Source: Laetmonice hystrix (taxonomy: Eukaryota). From it: a stretch of 64,000 bases of DNA. The position numbers were made by a program, and so were the translations under genes. The notes below the pieces were generated by a model, which searched no databases, was not told where the DNA came from, and was given only the letters and a program-made list of their open reading frames with translations. This document shows, piece by piece, positions 26,460 through 39,527 of the stretch (position 1 is its first letter; each line of letters starts with the position of its first letter). The stretch covers positions 19,840,001 to 19,904,000 of the forward strand of contig OZ249442.1 in the NCBI GenBank assembly GCA_965235115.1, written 5' to 3'.

Positions 26460-26620
26460 AAGGATCAGAGCTTATACCTATAGCGATCTGAGCTCTCACC
26501 TGGTACTCCCAGCATCAAGAGTTCGGGCAAGAAATTAATGCAAAGATTCAGGCTGCTGAAGTTTTGGCGCTCGAAGATATCATACATGATGCAGTTCATG
26601 AAAATGCCCTGGTTATTTGA
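26460..26620 (-). mobile_element. Possible decayed LINE ORF2 C-terminal fragment
   Basis: A stop-free minus frame reads GIFMNCIMYDIFERQNFSSLNLCINFLPELLMLGVPGES, resembling the CR1-like tail HFF..C..Y...R..LF..L....LL.G. It could instead be a host exon, because a CAG|GTGAGA donor ends it near 26500. Confidence 0.28.
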
Positions 26621-27889
26621 TCAGTAATGGATTGAGGTTGTAAGCTGAAGTGGAATCCGTCAGGTATGAGTAGATCAGAGGTGATGTGGGTGATCATCTA
26701 CTGTTCATGGTAGACAGAACAAAGTCTTGCTCACCGTGGCTGTCAGTTGAGGCCAGCGCGACCTTTTAGTGAGTAGTATGTAAAAATGGCGGATTGAAGA
26801 CGGTTATAACGTGCAGAGTGCGGCTGGCTGATACCCTGCTTTGTGCAGGATACAGTGGGTGCCTGTGAAAGCATTGTAATATATCTCTCTCAAAGATTGT
26901 CCTGTTAATATTATTTAAACGGACACTTGGAATTCCCTAAATTCTGAATAACACCATAGATATTAACGTAATGGGTTAGTATCGATGAACAGGTCTTTGA
27001 ACAGTCTGTTGTTCAGCAGTTTTCAGGTCGGTTTTTTAAATTTGTAATAAAGGACGTCTGTTTGTCCGTTAAGTTTCCATGGCCGAGTGCTTCATTGCCA
27101 GAACACGAGCCGTTGCTGAGCGTACTTCATCCCGGCGGTGACCGCAGGGGAAGGCGGACAAGTCGTGGAGTTGGCACAGGGGTGCCTGGGAGCGGCCACT
27201 CTGGCCAAAATGACCAGCGAAATGACCATGAGATGACCACTACACCCTGCTCTGCCCACGTCGCCGTCGGCCTCATTGCCAATAACTCAGGCTGAAATGA
27301 GTCTCGACCAAGTTGCACTCTTTCTCTCGAGGAGAAAAGTATCGGGTCCGCCGAGCACCTGAGCGACCAGTTAAGGGGGCTGTTGAAACACCCCTTTACT
27401 TTCTGCCCTCCCTGTTTTCCACAGCCGGAAGGGTGTAATCATGGGGTAATAAAGCCAGTCACTGAGAGCTGAAAATCTCTGTAAATTTGCACTTTGGCCG
27501 ATGGAAGCTGAAATGATGGCATTTTATGTGCTCCGAGCGGCGTTCAAGATCGGAAGAGGGGGGACATTTTGTGGACACATGTGAACATGAGAGGCAAAGA
27601 AATGTGGACATTGTGAAGAACACTAGTCTGTCCTCCTGGACCCTTACACTAGGCTCCTGACTCTGGCTACAGGAGGGGTCTCCAGTCAAACATTAAAAAG
27701 TGCTCAGACACAGCCCACAACTTTTTGTCTGATGGTGGAATCTTGTCTTCTGGAGTAATGAATGGAGGAAAACACTGTAAAACACGGTGAAACTTCTTAA
27801 TTCGTTTTTAGGGGGGACACCATTTAAACAGTTACGGTTAAGGCCGGCATCATTTAATTGATCTAGTAATCGAAAGCAGAATAGTTTGA

Positions 27890-27955
27890 TGACGTCATAA
27901 CTATATCGAGCCAATCAGCATCAATCAGTGACGTCATCACTATAAAGTGACGTCA
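27890..27955. promoter_or_regulatory. Cluster of three full CRE palindromes with CCAAT and TATAAA
   Basis: TGACGTCA at 27890, 27929 and 27948; CCAATCAG at 27911; TATAAA at 27941. Confidence 0.5.
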
Positions 27956-30900
27956 TCATTATAATCAAAGTGAAGTCAGTCGGTAAATAAGAGACTTTAT
28001 ATTGTGGTCAACACCAATTCAACGACAATGTATTTATTGAAATCACATCGGTGAACGTAATGGGTTGATGTTCTAGGTACCACAGGGACATGAACAAAAG
28101 TACGGATGGTGTTACAGTTTTAACTTAGAAATACGGTGTTTGCTTTGAATTTAGGCGTCTCTTTTGAATATCGGTTTACATAACGTTACAATGAAAGACT
28201 GTTGAATTAGGTTTTGCTCCAAAGGTAATTTGGTAAATATTCTCAGCCATTGTTTGATTGCAAATAGCCCGAGGCATCTTGTAGATTGCTGTTCGGTTAA
28301 GAACAACAAGAAAGGAGTGGTACCCCTCCGAAAAAAACAAACCAATTTCATTAAAAGATAATCAGAAAGGGTTAAAAAGTTCATCAACTGATGCCGAACT
28401 AGCGTGATCACCATTTTGTTAAGATTTGTCAAACAAGGAGGCCAATTAAGATCAAATCCAACAATGGGTGCTCGGTTGTCATGACGACTCCCTTCCTTCC
28501 CATGGTGTTTTTTTTACTAATCATGTATTTATGAAACTCGTGTAAACAACACGCTCATTAAGTGCACTTATACTGTTCTCTATTGTCGTCAGCATCGATC
28601 ACAAGTATTGAATGCTCCTCAACCAAACCATGATTGAATTAATATAACTCCACCGACCGGATCACATTCTGGAGTATCCGAGCAAGAAGGGAGCATTTTG
28701 TGATGAGAATGATATAGACGTGTAACATTTAAAGGATGACTGAGTGAATGAGCACCGTGAAATATTACATCCGCAGGTAATTTCCTACACTTGGCACCTT
28801 CCCCAACAGATAAAGTCCCGCTTGCCGAGCCCCGCCCCGGGCCGGTAATTGTGATAGACCCGATCTCCTCATCCCATACACAACCACATCTCAGCAATGA
28901 ATAATTAAAGGGCCATGTAGCCATGTGACTGCTAATTAAAACCGTGGTATGTTGTTGTCAAGACAACCAATATGTCAGCGGTCGGTGCCTCATGTTGCTC
29001 GAACCGCATGCCGTCAAGTTTCACGTATGGTACTGATGGCACAATGGCACAAGCTGATGGCACAATGGCACAAGTTGATGGCACTGTCGCAGAAGGTAGT
29101 TCTTAATTAAAGGATGACTTTAAATAACGTTCAAAACTTTACAGACGTGATTTTCTGAAATGATGATTCTTTAGAAACTCATGAGGCATTCCACAAAGAG
29201 GCTTGATCATCATTTGTTTGGGGGTGTTTTCTAGTGTGGATCCGTTAAGATGGGACTTGTAGAAAATATGGAGTGCAAACTTCCATAAATGCATGGCAGG
29301 GTGATTATGTAGTGAATTAATGGCTTGGAGAATCCCACATTCATGTCTGTATGGTAATGTGTTCTATGCAGATCCTTTTTGATGGGAAATGTAGCTGTAG
29401 AGATAATGCGCGAAATGCTTGGTTTCTAAGAATAATGTGCAAAACCTTTGTTTTCTAAAGGCGGTAGAGTAAACGCTTCGACGGCTCCGTGTCGGTCTGA
29501 GGCTGCGTTTCACTGACCTGGAGCCTCGCTCCATTGGTCATCCTGATAGACAATCATTTAAATTATTTATACAGTTGTGATTTTTCTAAATTGTGTTCCC
29601 GGACTATAATGTGACAAACAATAAGGCCAAATCGATTACCAGATTTGAATGAGTCGTTTTGGTGACGTGTGTTTCATTCGTAGGGCACATTGATGAACAT
29701 TACGCATTAACATTGGGCACTCTTTGAATTAATCCCAAACTTATCCACATAAAAACAAATTTTAGCAATGAGCTGGGTTATGGACTAAATCATTTCTATG
29801 CGGTGATTCTTAAATTAACTCGAAGGGACCTCGAAGTAAAAGAAGCGAACACGTTGATACCCCCAGTAAAAATACAAACTATTGATAATGTCCTAATTGG
29901 GAATACTTGTTTGAAAAAGCTACGGTTGTGATGGCATAAATCGCTGCTAATTACATAGACGTGTTATTCCCTTGACTGAGCTGAGCCAGCGCTGGCGGCA
30001 GACTTGGCTGACTCGATTACTGTTCACATAATGGAATTGTCAATATTCCTAATTCATGTATCATCTCTGAATCTCGGCAACCAATCTGAAAAAAACATTC
30101 GCAGGTGTGTGGTTGGAGGAGGCGGGGTGTTGTCGCTGCCCCCTCGCTTTTCTATTCCAACCCTTGCAAAACGCCAGGGGTATTTTACTATATTACCCCA
30201 TGGGGGTGGTTTGGGACCCCCTCACTCACCTGTTTGAACATGTAATGATGGTCTGCCGTAAGGCCCGTTTTGACCATAAAAATCACATTGCTGTTTCGAA
30301 TCATGAAGTTGTGTATCTGCGCCCTTTTAGTCTCACCTTTTTGGACAGTAGGCATTTGTTTTCCTGGCACAGTGATCACGGTTCACTGATGGTCCTTGAT
30401 ACATTTAACCTTGGATCCTGGCAAGGCGTGGGAACTTTTCAATATATCGACGCTGGGGTATATACAGGGCGAAGGAACGCATGACATATTGACGAGCATA
30501 CATATGCGGACCGAGGGGGCAGATAGCTGGTTCACGTGTAGGCCTTCATGCAGCCGTACACGAGGACCCATGATTAACAGAAATAGTGATTTATACAATA
30601 ATAAACCAATTTGGTACAACTACAGCTTGGAGGAGTGGACACCTCATCCTATACATCATTTGGGGTGTTGTGTCCCAGCAAGGGCGTGCCCAACACGTTC
30701 CCATCTCCAGGGTACGTTAATATCGTCACAGTACCCTGGGAATGTCAGGGTCTGCGGCTCCATAGTTACATTAATTCAAGAGATTAGGTATTAATCTACA
30801 AGTTTGCGAGTTTCTTGGGTTGATCAAGACGACATGCGAGAGGTGATGGCCATCTGTTAACATTAAGGCTGCCTCACGCACGTGTGTGGTCATCAGCCAT

Positions 30901-33791
30901 GTCTGATGGGACAGCCAGGCAAAAATTATCTCCAAATAAGTTTGGCTCCAGGGTGAACATTGAACGGGTAGGGGTCAGGAACCAGGGTTGGTCGCAGCCA
31001 TTTGTCTGAACTTTCCTTCGACAGCGACTGATGACGGACAGAACAATTCCAACACGCCCAAATTGGAACGTCGATATTAGGCACCACATGATCACCAAAC
31101 AAAAAAAAGTCAAAATTGAGCGTTTTACATATTTGAAAGGTAAAATGCCGATTAGAAATGGCAAAAAATACACAACCGGTTGTAAATACGGACCGGCCTC
31201 CTGCTGTTTCTATTACGAATATACGAAATACGAGCAGAAAACTCGACAGGAAATCAACAATTTAAACACGTTTAAAATTGAAAACATGGTGGGAAAATAG
31301 TCTGTCGTCGAGCTATGTAGCATGTTCAGCCCCGGCCCACGTGGAAAACCACGTCACGTTGACGATAAACACGTCAAAACTAGCACCACATGACAGTGGC
31401 GGTGATCAAAAACCGTGCGGAGGAGTTGTTCCATGGAGCTACCTGGGGTTGCTGCAGCAATCGTGTCGACTGTGTTCGTATAGAGGGACCTACTCCACCA
31501 GGGTATTTGGGACATCTGTGTACACGAAACCACGGGTGGGGTGGGGTGGGGGTGGGGGGGGAAGGGTTGGAGGGGGGGGGGGGAGAAGGACGGGAATGCG
31601 GTGAAATGAAAACGTTTCCATCGAGTGACGAGATTCTACATGACCTTGTGGCTGGGAACGTGTACACGGTACTGTGATGGTGTAATTCGCCGCGCTGACA
31701 CTAGGGGCCTCGTATTAACCTCGTCGACCTATGTTTTCACGGCCCACTGGTTTCTATTTACATGCCGCATAGAATACCGGATATGTTCTGTCACTCAGGA
31801 AAGCCTCAGAGGAAAGTTCATTATGTCACGAAATGGAGTCTTCCAATGGGCTCGCATTGAAGCAATTAACCCAAGGACTTCAAAATAGATAGTTTCTTAG
31901 CGTTTCCCGGCCAGAGGTCTTTATTCTGGTTGGTGTCGTGATGAGGAGACTGCCAATATACGTTGAGGTTCCACCAGGTCACTTGGTCAGGATCATATAC
32001 TGTGGCACGTCTGGTAGTGTATGGTCTCAACATATTACCTGTAAGAGATGGGCCAGATGGCATTAGTGGGACCTGATAGGAGACAGTTTCGGGATGTTTC
32101 AAAGCCGTCAGGCCCAGCGTTTCGTGGCTGCGATTGCTACTCCCTCCCCACCCAGTGGCCCTGCTGGGTTATCCAAGGCTGGGCGCGTAAATCTGTGTCC
32201 ATGCAGAGTTGTATACGTAAAAGAACCCTTGCCACTTAGAGTAGGGCTATAGATAAGAGTAAGTATAGGTGAGTATAGGGCGTTGGCCCGGTGCGCGGGT
32301 TTGATGATTGACCTTGACCAAGGTCACCTCTATTCCTTTCTAGGAACTTCTTAGAAAAGGTTCTGAAAATGCAAAAAAGGACGTAAAGACATCTTTTCAC
32401 AAGCCAGGATATTTGAAAGAAGAAGCCACGTATGATACTGGTTGACCTTCGCCCCAATCTGTATAAAAGGATTTAGAAATCAGGCCCATGTCTATAGACG
32501 CTGGGGACGAGACAATTTGGCACTGTTATGGGGGGTTGTTCAGGTGACTAGGTGTCTGTTTTACAAGCCAGGATATTTGAAAGAAGAAGCCACTTTTTGA
32601 CATTGGCTGCCCGAATCCTTTTGGAAACCAGGCCCAGAACTACTAGTATATGGCGTTTGAATATATTTGATATGGACGCCGGGAAATGGGGCTCTCTGGA
32701 AAACTGCCCAACTGATGCAGGTGGGATGCAGGCCGGGGAGGTGGCAGTAGATGGTATAGAGTCTAGGTGTCGCCGTAAATAGATGTGTGAGAGGACCGAA
32801 TCGACACTTGGGCTGACGGCTGGCCGTGGTCTGTCGGTCCGGCCCACGTGCCCAGTGAATGCTTTACACCATGTAACATGTAGATTAATTCTCGTAAGCA
32901 CATCGGCCGTGAACGTGCCAGTGGTTTTTTAACCACGTTAGACTGCATTCGACACATGTCTCGCTCTCAATGCTTAGTGTATGCAGGTCGTAACTGGATT
33001 AGGGGACCACTAATTGTATCGTAGAGAGGCCGGCCTTGTCTTGGGCCATGTATCTCGGAGGCCGCTGTCGGGTAACCAGATTGGCTGGAGAGAATAAATG
33101 ATCCAGAGAGGGGTGCCGGCCGTAAAATGCGTGGAAATGTAGGGAAATCGAATGAAGGGCGCGGCGTTGGGAGGGTTGGGTGTCATGGCAGCGCCGAGAT
33201 CACTTCTATCATTACAGACTGATTGTATTAAACGACGCTCCCCACTCCGCCATTACCCCCGTAAATCAGTGTCGCCCCCCGCCGGCCACCACGCACACTA
33301 ATTATTTAATTTTCTCATCTTCATCAATCATGGCTAATTGAATCAAGTGAGTGTTTGGATCGGAGGGGTAAGGACAACTGACCCCACCCCCGACCGCCGC
33401 CCTGGTCACCCCATGCTCTAGCAACCCCCATAACGAGTATTTACTAAGGTAATGACTTTCACCAGCCTCTCCATCACGGGGGCCAAGGAATGCTGGGACC
33501 ACCGCCGGGGTAGGATCGTTCTAGGGACGGGTAGGGGTGGGTGGGGTCACGCTCTCCACCGCCGACCCCACACATAAACATATTTCACCCAATGTTGCCA
33601 CAATTTAGCCGCACTTTGTCGGGGACGTCGTCTGGCGTAAATCAAGGTGAGATTGGGAGTGAGTGGCACCATCCTGATGTCTCTATCGAGTGGCTGGTTC
33701 ATTGGCTGCTTATTCCTCATGGTAAAACTCCCACGAAAATCTTACGGTTAGATTTCGTGGATTTGTAACCATGGAGGATCTGCCGGCTGAC

Positions 33792-34640
33792 GGGAAGGTG
33801 GGTGGGGTCTGGGAGCATCGCTCTCAGATTGCGGGGAGGTGAGTAGGGTCTGGGAGCATCGCCGTCAGATTGCGGGGAGGTGGGTGGGGTCTGGGAGCAT
33901 CGCCGTCAGATTGCGGGGAGGTGGGTAGGGTCTGGGAGCATCGCCCTCAGATTGCGGGGAGGTGAGTGGGGTCTGGGAGCATCGCCCTCAGATTGCGGGA
34001 AGGTGAGTAGGGTCTGGGAGCATAGCCCTCAGTTTGCGGGGAGGTGAGTAGGGTCTGGGAGCATCGCCCTCAGATTGCGGGGAGGTGAGTAGGGTCTGGG
34101 AGCATCGCCCTTAGATTGCGGGGAGGTGGTCTGGGAGCATCGCCCTCAGATTGCGGGGAGGTGAGTAGGGTCTGGGAGCATCGCCGTCAGATTGCGGGGA
34201 GGTGAGTGGGGTCTGGGAGCATCGCCCTCAGATTGCGGGGAGGTGAGTAGGGTCTGAGAGCATCGCCCTCAGATTGCGGGGAGGTGAGTAGGGTCTGAGA
34301 GCATCGCCCTCAGATTGCGGGGAGGTGAGTGGGGTCTGGGAGCATCGCCCTCAGATTGCGGGGAGGTGAGTGCGGTCTGGGAGCATCGCCCTCAGATTGC
34401 GGGGAGGTGAGTAGGGTCTGGGAGCATCGCCCTCAGATTGCGGGGAGGTGAGTGCGGTCTGGGAGCATCGCCCTCAGATTGCGGGGAGGTTAGTAGGTTC
34501 TGAGAGCATCGCCCTCAGATTGCGGGGAGGTGGTCTGGGAGCATCGCCCTCAGATTGCGGGGAGGTGAGTGGGGTCTGGGAGCATCGCCCTCAGATTGCG
34601 GGGAGGTGAGTAGGGTCTGGGAGCATCGCCCTCAGATTGC
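33792..34640. repeat. 41-bp minisatellite, about 21 copies, with two 34-bp deletion units
   Basis: Unit GGTCTGGGAGCATCGCCCTCAGATTGCGGGGAGGTGAGTAG. Confidence 0.97.
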
Positions 34641-34879
34641 CATGAGACTGCAGCTCGTGTTAATGATCACCCATCCCAGCAGGCGTCACGCTCCACTGAC
34701 TGCGAGTAAATGATCCCCGACGGTCGGCCGTACAGCAGCAGTGGTTGAGACCCTTTGTCAGGGATCGCGACCCATTGATTTCACCGGCTTGTTTTTACTG
34801 CCAGGCTTTGGCATCGATTGAAGCATGGCCATGTTAGATGGTGGAAACAATCACAGGAGATAGGGGACCTATTGTGTTC

Positions 34880-34992
34880 AGGGGTCCAGGCACTGGTCTC
34901 TGATATCGCCATATCTCCTGTGGCCCAGAGTTGAACCGGTGACCTCTTGTTATATGGCTCACATCGACGACAACCTTCAGCAATCGGCCCTG
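34880..34992 (-). mobile_element. Possible tRNA-derived SINE head (decayed)
   Basis: The minus strand reads GGGCCGA-TTGCTGAAGG (A-box-like), about 36 nt, then AGAGGTCACC-GGTTCAACTC-TGG (B-box-like). The spacing fits a Pol III type 2 promoter. Confidence 0.35.
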
Positions 34993-35004
34993 GGAACAGT
35001 AATG

Positions 35005-35540
35005 TTTGGGCCCCTGAGCAGTGGGTTGGGCCCCTGATGTGGCAGTGTTTGAGTCGGTGGGTTGGGCCCCTGAGCTGCCAGTGTTTGAGGCGGTGGGTTG
35101 GGCCCCTAAGCTGGCAGTGTTTGAGGCGGTGGATTCGGTCCCTGAGCTGGCTGTGTTTGAGGTGGTGGGTTGGGCCCCTGAGCTGGTAGTGTTTGAGGCG
35201 GTGGTTTGGCAGTGTTTCAAGCGGTGGTTTGGGCCCCTGAGCTAGCAGTGTTTGAGGCGGTGGTTTGGGCCCTGAGCTGGCAGTGTTTGAGGCGGTGGAT
35301 TCAGCCCCTGAGCTGGCAGTGTTTGAGGCGGTGGATTGGGCCCTGAGCTGGCAGTGTTTGAGGCGGTGGATTCAGCCCCTGAGCTGGCAGTGTTTGAGGC
35401 GGTGGTTTGGGCCCTGAGCTGGCAGTGTTTGAGGCGGTGGATTGAGCCCCTGAGCTGCCAGTGTTTGAGGCAGTGGATTCGGCTCCTGAGCTGCCAGTGT
35501 TTGAGGCGGTGGATTCAGCCCCTGAGCTGGCAGTCTTTGA
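35005..35540. repeat. 35/36-bp minisatellite, about 15 copies
   Basis: Unit GCCCCTGAGCTGGCAGTGTTTGAGGCGGTGGATTCA, with GGTTGG/GGTTTG end variants. Confidence 0.95.
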
Positions 35541-36180
35541 GGGATCCTCAGTCCGTGGTCCTCGCAGAGTTGCCCAAAGCCTAACAAACGAGATGATGAC
35601 CGGCTCACTGACCGCCCCAGTGGCGCCCTTAGCCGAGCCCCTTCGCTCCACTTCACACACCCAGTCCATGACCAGGGAATGAGGGTGAGCGCCGACTGCT
35701 GCTCGACTTCATGGATCAAGTCACGTGACCTCCTGATCCCTCTCCCCTAACACCGGCCCCTGGGTGACAGAGACGTCACCACCCCGGTAAAGTTTTCCCG
35801 GGGGTAACGGGCGGGGTCTCTCCGCTTGACCCCAGGTCGCTGACCTCTGGGCGGGGTTTAACCACTGAAGTCCGGGGATCATAGTGTGCGGGTTTGTGGG
35901 AATGGTGGACAGTTTGTGTAAGCTATGGAATGTCGACGTAACATGGACGGGTATAACCAGGGTCTCACTACATGTGTATTCATGTCAGGGTCTCACTACA
36001 TGTGTGTTCATGTGTCTGTCCAGTCACCATTCTTAGGTCTCTCACAAACCGATAAGGCAGTTGATAAAACGTCGGACCCTTTCCGAAATTAACATGTGCG
36101 ATGAACCGTTGAAGTACGTTGCATTTTATCATGTAAGGAAATGGATTGGTATCATGTATCAGGGAGGCGGTGGAGCAGAG

Positions 36181-36193
36181 AGGTCAGAGGTCA
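36181..36193 (+). promoter_or_regulatory. Consensus DR1 element (AGGTCA-G-AGGTCA)
   Basis: Exact AGGTCAGAGGTCA. Motif only. Confidence 0.35.
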
Positions 36194-36570
36194 CTGATCC
36201 ACTCCCCAAGTACGTGGATGATTTATGGCGGGAGGTGAAGCGGGACACCCACTGGAGGACTTGATGGGATGACCCGCTGAAGGAGGGCTGAGGAACCCTC
36301 CAGGAAGGTCAGGACCCCTCCGCTCCCTCCGGCTAGCCCGCCCGTCACCAGCACATACGGACGTCCAATAGGGCGACCCGCTCGACAACTTTATCGTAAC
36401 GGCACCTTTGTGTTTGTTGATGTCAATCGGTTTTATTGGCCATTGTTTGAAAGAGTACGCTAATTAAGATAGTCATTAAGTGAAGCATTTAAGAAATTTT
36501 GTAATCATATTACATCTTTGGTGGTGTATCTTGATAGGGTGCGTACACCCGTATCAATGGGGTGATCTTA

Positions 36571-38495
36571 TGGATGGTCAGTCCATCATGCAGGGGTTGT
36601 ACTCTCATGTCGTTGTGTCTCGTACATGACGGTGGATGGTCAGTTCCTGTCGTTGTGTCTCGTACATGACGGTGGATGGTCAGTCCATCCAAGGTGTGTA
36701 CTCTCATGTCGTTGTGTCTCGTACATGACGGTGGATGGTCAGTTCCTGTCGTTGTGTCTCGTACATGACGGTGGATGGCCAGTTCCTGTCATTGTGTCTC
36801 GTACATGACGGTGGATGGTCAGTCCAGCCAAGGTTTGTACTCTCATGTCGTTGTGTCTCGTACATGGCGGTGGATGGTCAGTTCCTGTCGTTGTGTCTCG
36901 TACATGACGGTGGATGGTCAGTCCATCCAAGGTTTGTACTTTCATGTCGTTGTGTCTCGTACATGACGGTGGATGGCCAGTTCCTGTCATTGTGTCTCGT
37001 ACATGACGGTGGATGGTCAGTCCAGCCAAGGTTTGTACTTTCATGTCGTTGTGTCTCGTACATGACGGTGGATGGTCAGTCCAGCCAAGGTTTGTACTCT
37101 CATGTCGTTGTGTCTCGTACATGACGGTGGATGGCCAGTTCCTGTCGTTGTGTCTCGTACATGACGGTGGATGGTCAGTCCAGCCAAGGTGTGTACTCTC
37201 ATGTCGTTGTGTTTCGTACATGACGGTGGATGGCCAGTTCCTGTCATTGTGTCTCGTACATGACGGTGGATGGTCAGTCCATCCAAGGTGTGTACTCTCA
37301 TGTCGTTGTGTCTCGTACATGACGGTTGATGGTCAGTCCACCATGCAGGGGGTGTACTCTCATGTCATTGTGTCTCGTACATGACGGTGGATGGTCAGTC
37401 CATCCAGGGGTTGTACTCTCATGTCGTTGTGTCTCGTACATGACGGTTGATGGTCAGTCCACCATGCAGGGGTTGTACTCTCATGTCGTTGTGTCTCGTA
37501 CATGACGGTGGATGGTCAGTCCATCCAGGGGTTGTACTCTCATGTTGTTGTGTCTCGTACATGACGGTGGATGGTCAGTCCACCATGCAGGGGGTGTACT
37601 CTCATGTCGTTGTGTCTCATACATGACGGTGGATGGCCAGTTCCTGTCGTTGTGTCTCGTACATGACGGTGGATGGTCAGTCCACCATGCAGGGGGTGTA
37701 CTCTCATGTCGTTGTGTCTCATACATGACGGTGGATGGTCAGTCCACCATGCAGGGGGTGTACTCTCATGTCGTTGTGTCTCATACATGACGGTGGATGG
37801 CCAGTTCCTGTCGTTGTGTCTCGTACATGACGGTGGATGGTCAGTCCACCATGCAGGGGGTGTACTCTCATGTCGTTGTGTCTCATACATGACGGTTGAT
37901 GGTCAGTCCACCATGCAGGGGGTGTACTCTCATGTCGTTGTGTCTCATACATGACGGTGGATGGTCAGTCCACCATGCAGGGGGTGTACTCTCATGTCGT
38001 TGTGTCTCATACATGACGGTGGATGGTCAGTCCACCATGCAGGGGGTGTACTCTCATGTTGTTGTGTCTCGTACATGACGGTGGATGGTCAGTCCACCAT
38101 GCAGGGGGTGTACTCTCATGTCGTTGTGTCTCATACATGACGGTGGATGGCCAGTTCCTGTCGTTGTGTCTCGTACATGACGGTGGATGGTCAGTCCACC
38201 ATGCAGGGGGTGTACTCTCATGTCGTTGTGTCTCGTACATGACGGTTGATGGTCAGTCCACCATGCAGGGGGTGTACTCTCATGTCGTTGTGTCTCGCAC
38301 ATGACGGTGGATGGTCAGTCCACCATGCAGGGGGTGTACTCTCATGTCGTTGTGTCTCGTACATGACGGTGGATGGTCAGTCCACCATGCAGGGGGTGTA
38401 CTCTCATGTCGTTGTGTCTCGTACATGACGGTGGATGGTCAGTCCACCATGCAGGGGTTGTACTCTCATGTCTCCTACATGACATGGTTGGTCAG
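36571..38495. repeat. Composite minisatellite of 40-, 59- and 61/62-bp units sharing a core of about 33 bp
   Basis: Core GTCGTTGTGTCTCGTACATGACGGTGGATGGTCAGT followed by TCCT (40), CCATCCAAGGTGTGTACTCTCAT (59) or CCACCATGCAGGGGGTGTACTCTCAT (62). Confidence 0.96.
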
Positions 38496-39527
38496 TCGAG
38501 TCAGGTTCCCTGTGTCCTGATATGCTCATCACGATCCTCATCTTTGATCTGATCTCATTAGTTTCCCGCAACCTTTGATCCCAAAATAACCCCCTACCCA
38601 CCAACGATGACTGACACACCCTGAGCCTCACGCCCACGGTTGGAGACAGGGTTGTACAACTACAAGACCCAGCGCCCCCCACTCCCTCCACCCCCAGCCG
38701 GCCCCGCGGGGACCAGCCGCCGTCACCGCCCCCATCACCATCCCGGCAAGTCGTGTCGGACACCGAATCTCTCACGTTTCTCTCACGCCGTCATCAGGAC
38801 TAGCGGAGGTTCATTTGTCTCCCGTGAGTGTCCAGTGTGTGAAACATGACTGGACACGGTGACAGGCTGTCCGGACAGCCCGAACACGGGTCCACGCGTG
38901 GCCTACCGATCGCTGACAGCCAGTAAGTGTATTAGAAGCTGGCATTATTAGGTTCGACCAGAGATTAAAAGTGTCGGTAATGTGGGCGATGATGTCATGT
39001 GTGAGGTTTACAGATGTATGCTTTTAGTTGGCTGGCGCGTCTCCCTGGACTGGAGGGGGTATGGGGTGGGTGATGGGGGTGGGGGTCTGTGTGAGGGGGC
39101 GCGAGGGATGTGAAATGGTGTCCTCCCAGGCCGGCCCCCATCTTATTGCACTTCTCTAGCCTGAGAGTGCGGCCTTCCTTCTGTAAGGGTGAAAGCTTTC
39201 CTGTTATAAGATTTTGTGAAACCTATAATTAGACTTCGATAATTCATTGAAAAAGTGGAGATAGTACGGTTAACATTGACTCAAAGTGAGGGTCATATAT
39301 TAGGCCTGTGTGAGACTTTCCAGCAGGCATATTATAGTCTTCTTTGCATTATTACATTTTACTGTAGGCTCAGACAACCTCTCGGTCAGAAATTGACGTT
39401 TGTTCATGGTGCCAACAACCAAAGAGGATCAAGGACGATATAATTATGGCCAATTATACATTCTACCGGCTAAGAGCTTTCTGACAGTGTGCATGATGTT
39501 GGCATCAAAGAAAACTCGTATTATGTA

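Noticed and set aside
19700-26508. Identical 16-mer CTCTCACCTGGTACTC (minus-strand CAG|GTGAGAG donor) at 19700 and 26493 as paralogous exon ends
   Set aside because: Upstream sequences are unrelated and the shared reading frame has a stop in one of them. A single 16-bp match containing a common motif is weak.
28364-28374. piggyBac-like end AAGGG|TTAA and Kolobok-like TTAAAGG starts (28726, 29108, 60833)
   Set aside because: No matching partner terminus was found in the window.
36571-38495. CRISPR-like constant repeat with variable spacers
   Set aside because: The spacers fall into three recurring homologous classes, there are no cas genes, and the context is eukaryotic. It is a composite minisatellite.
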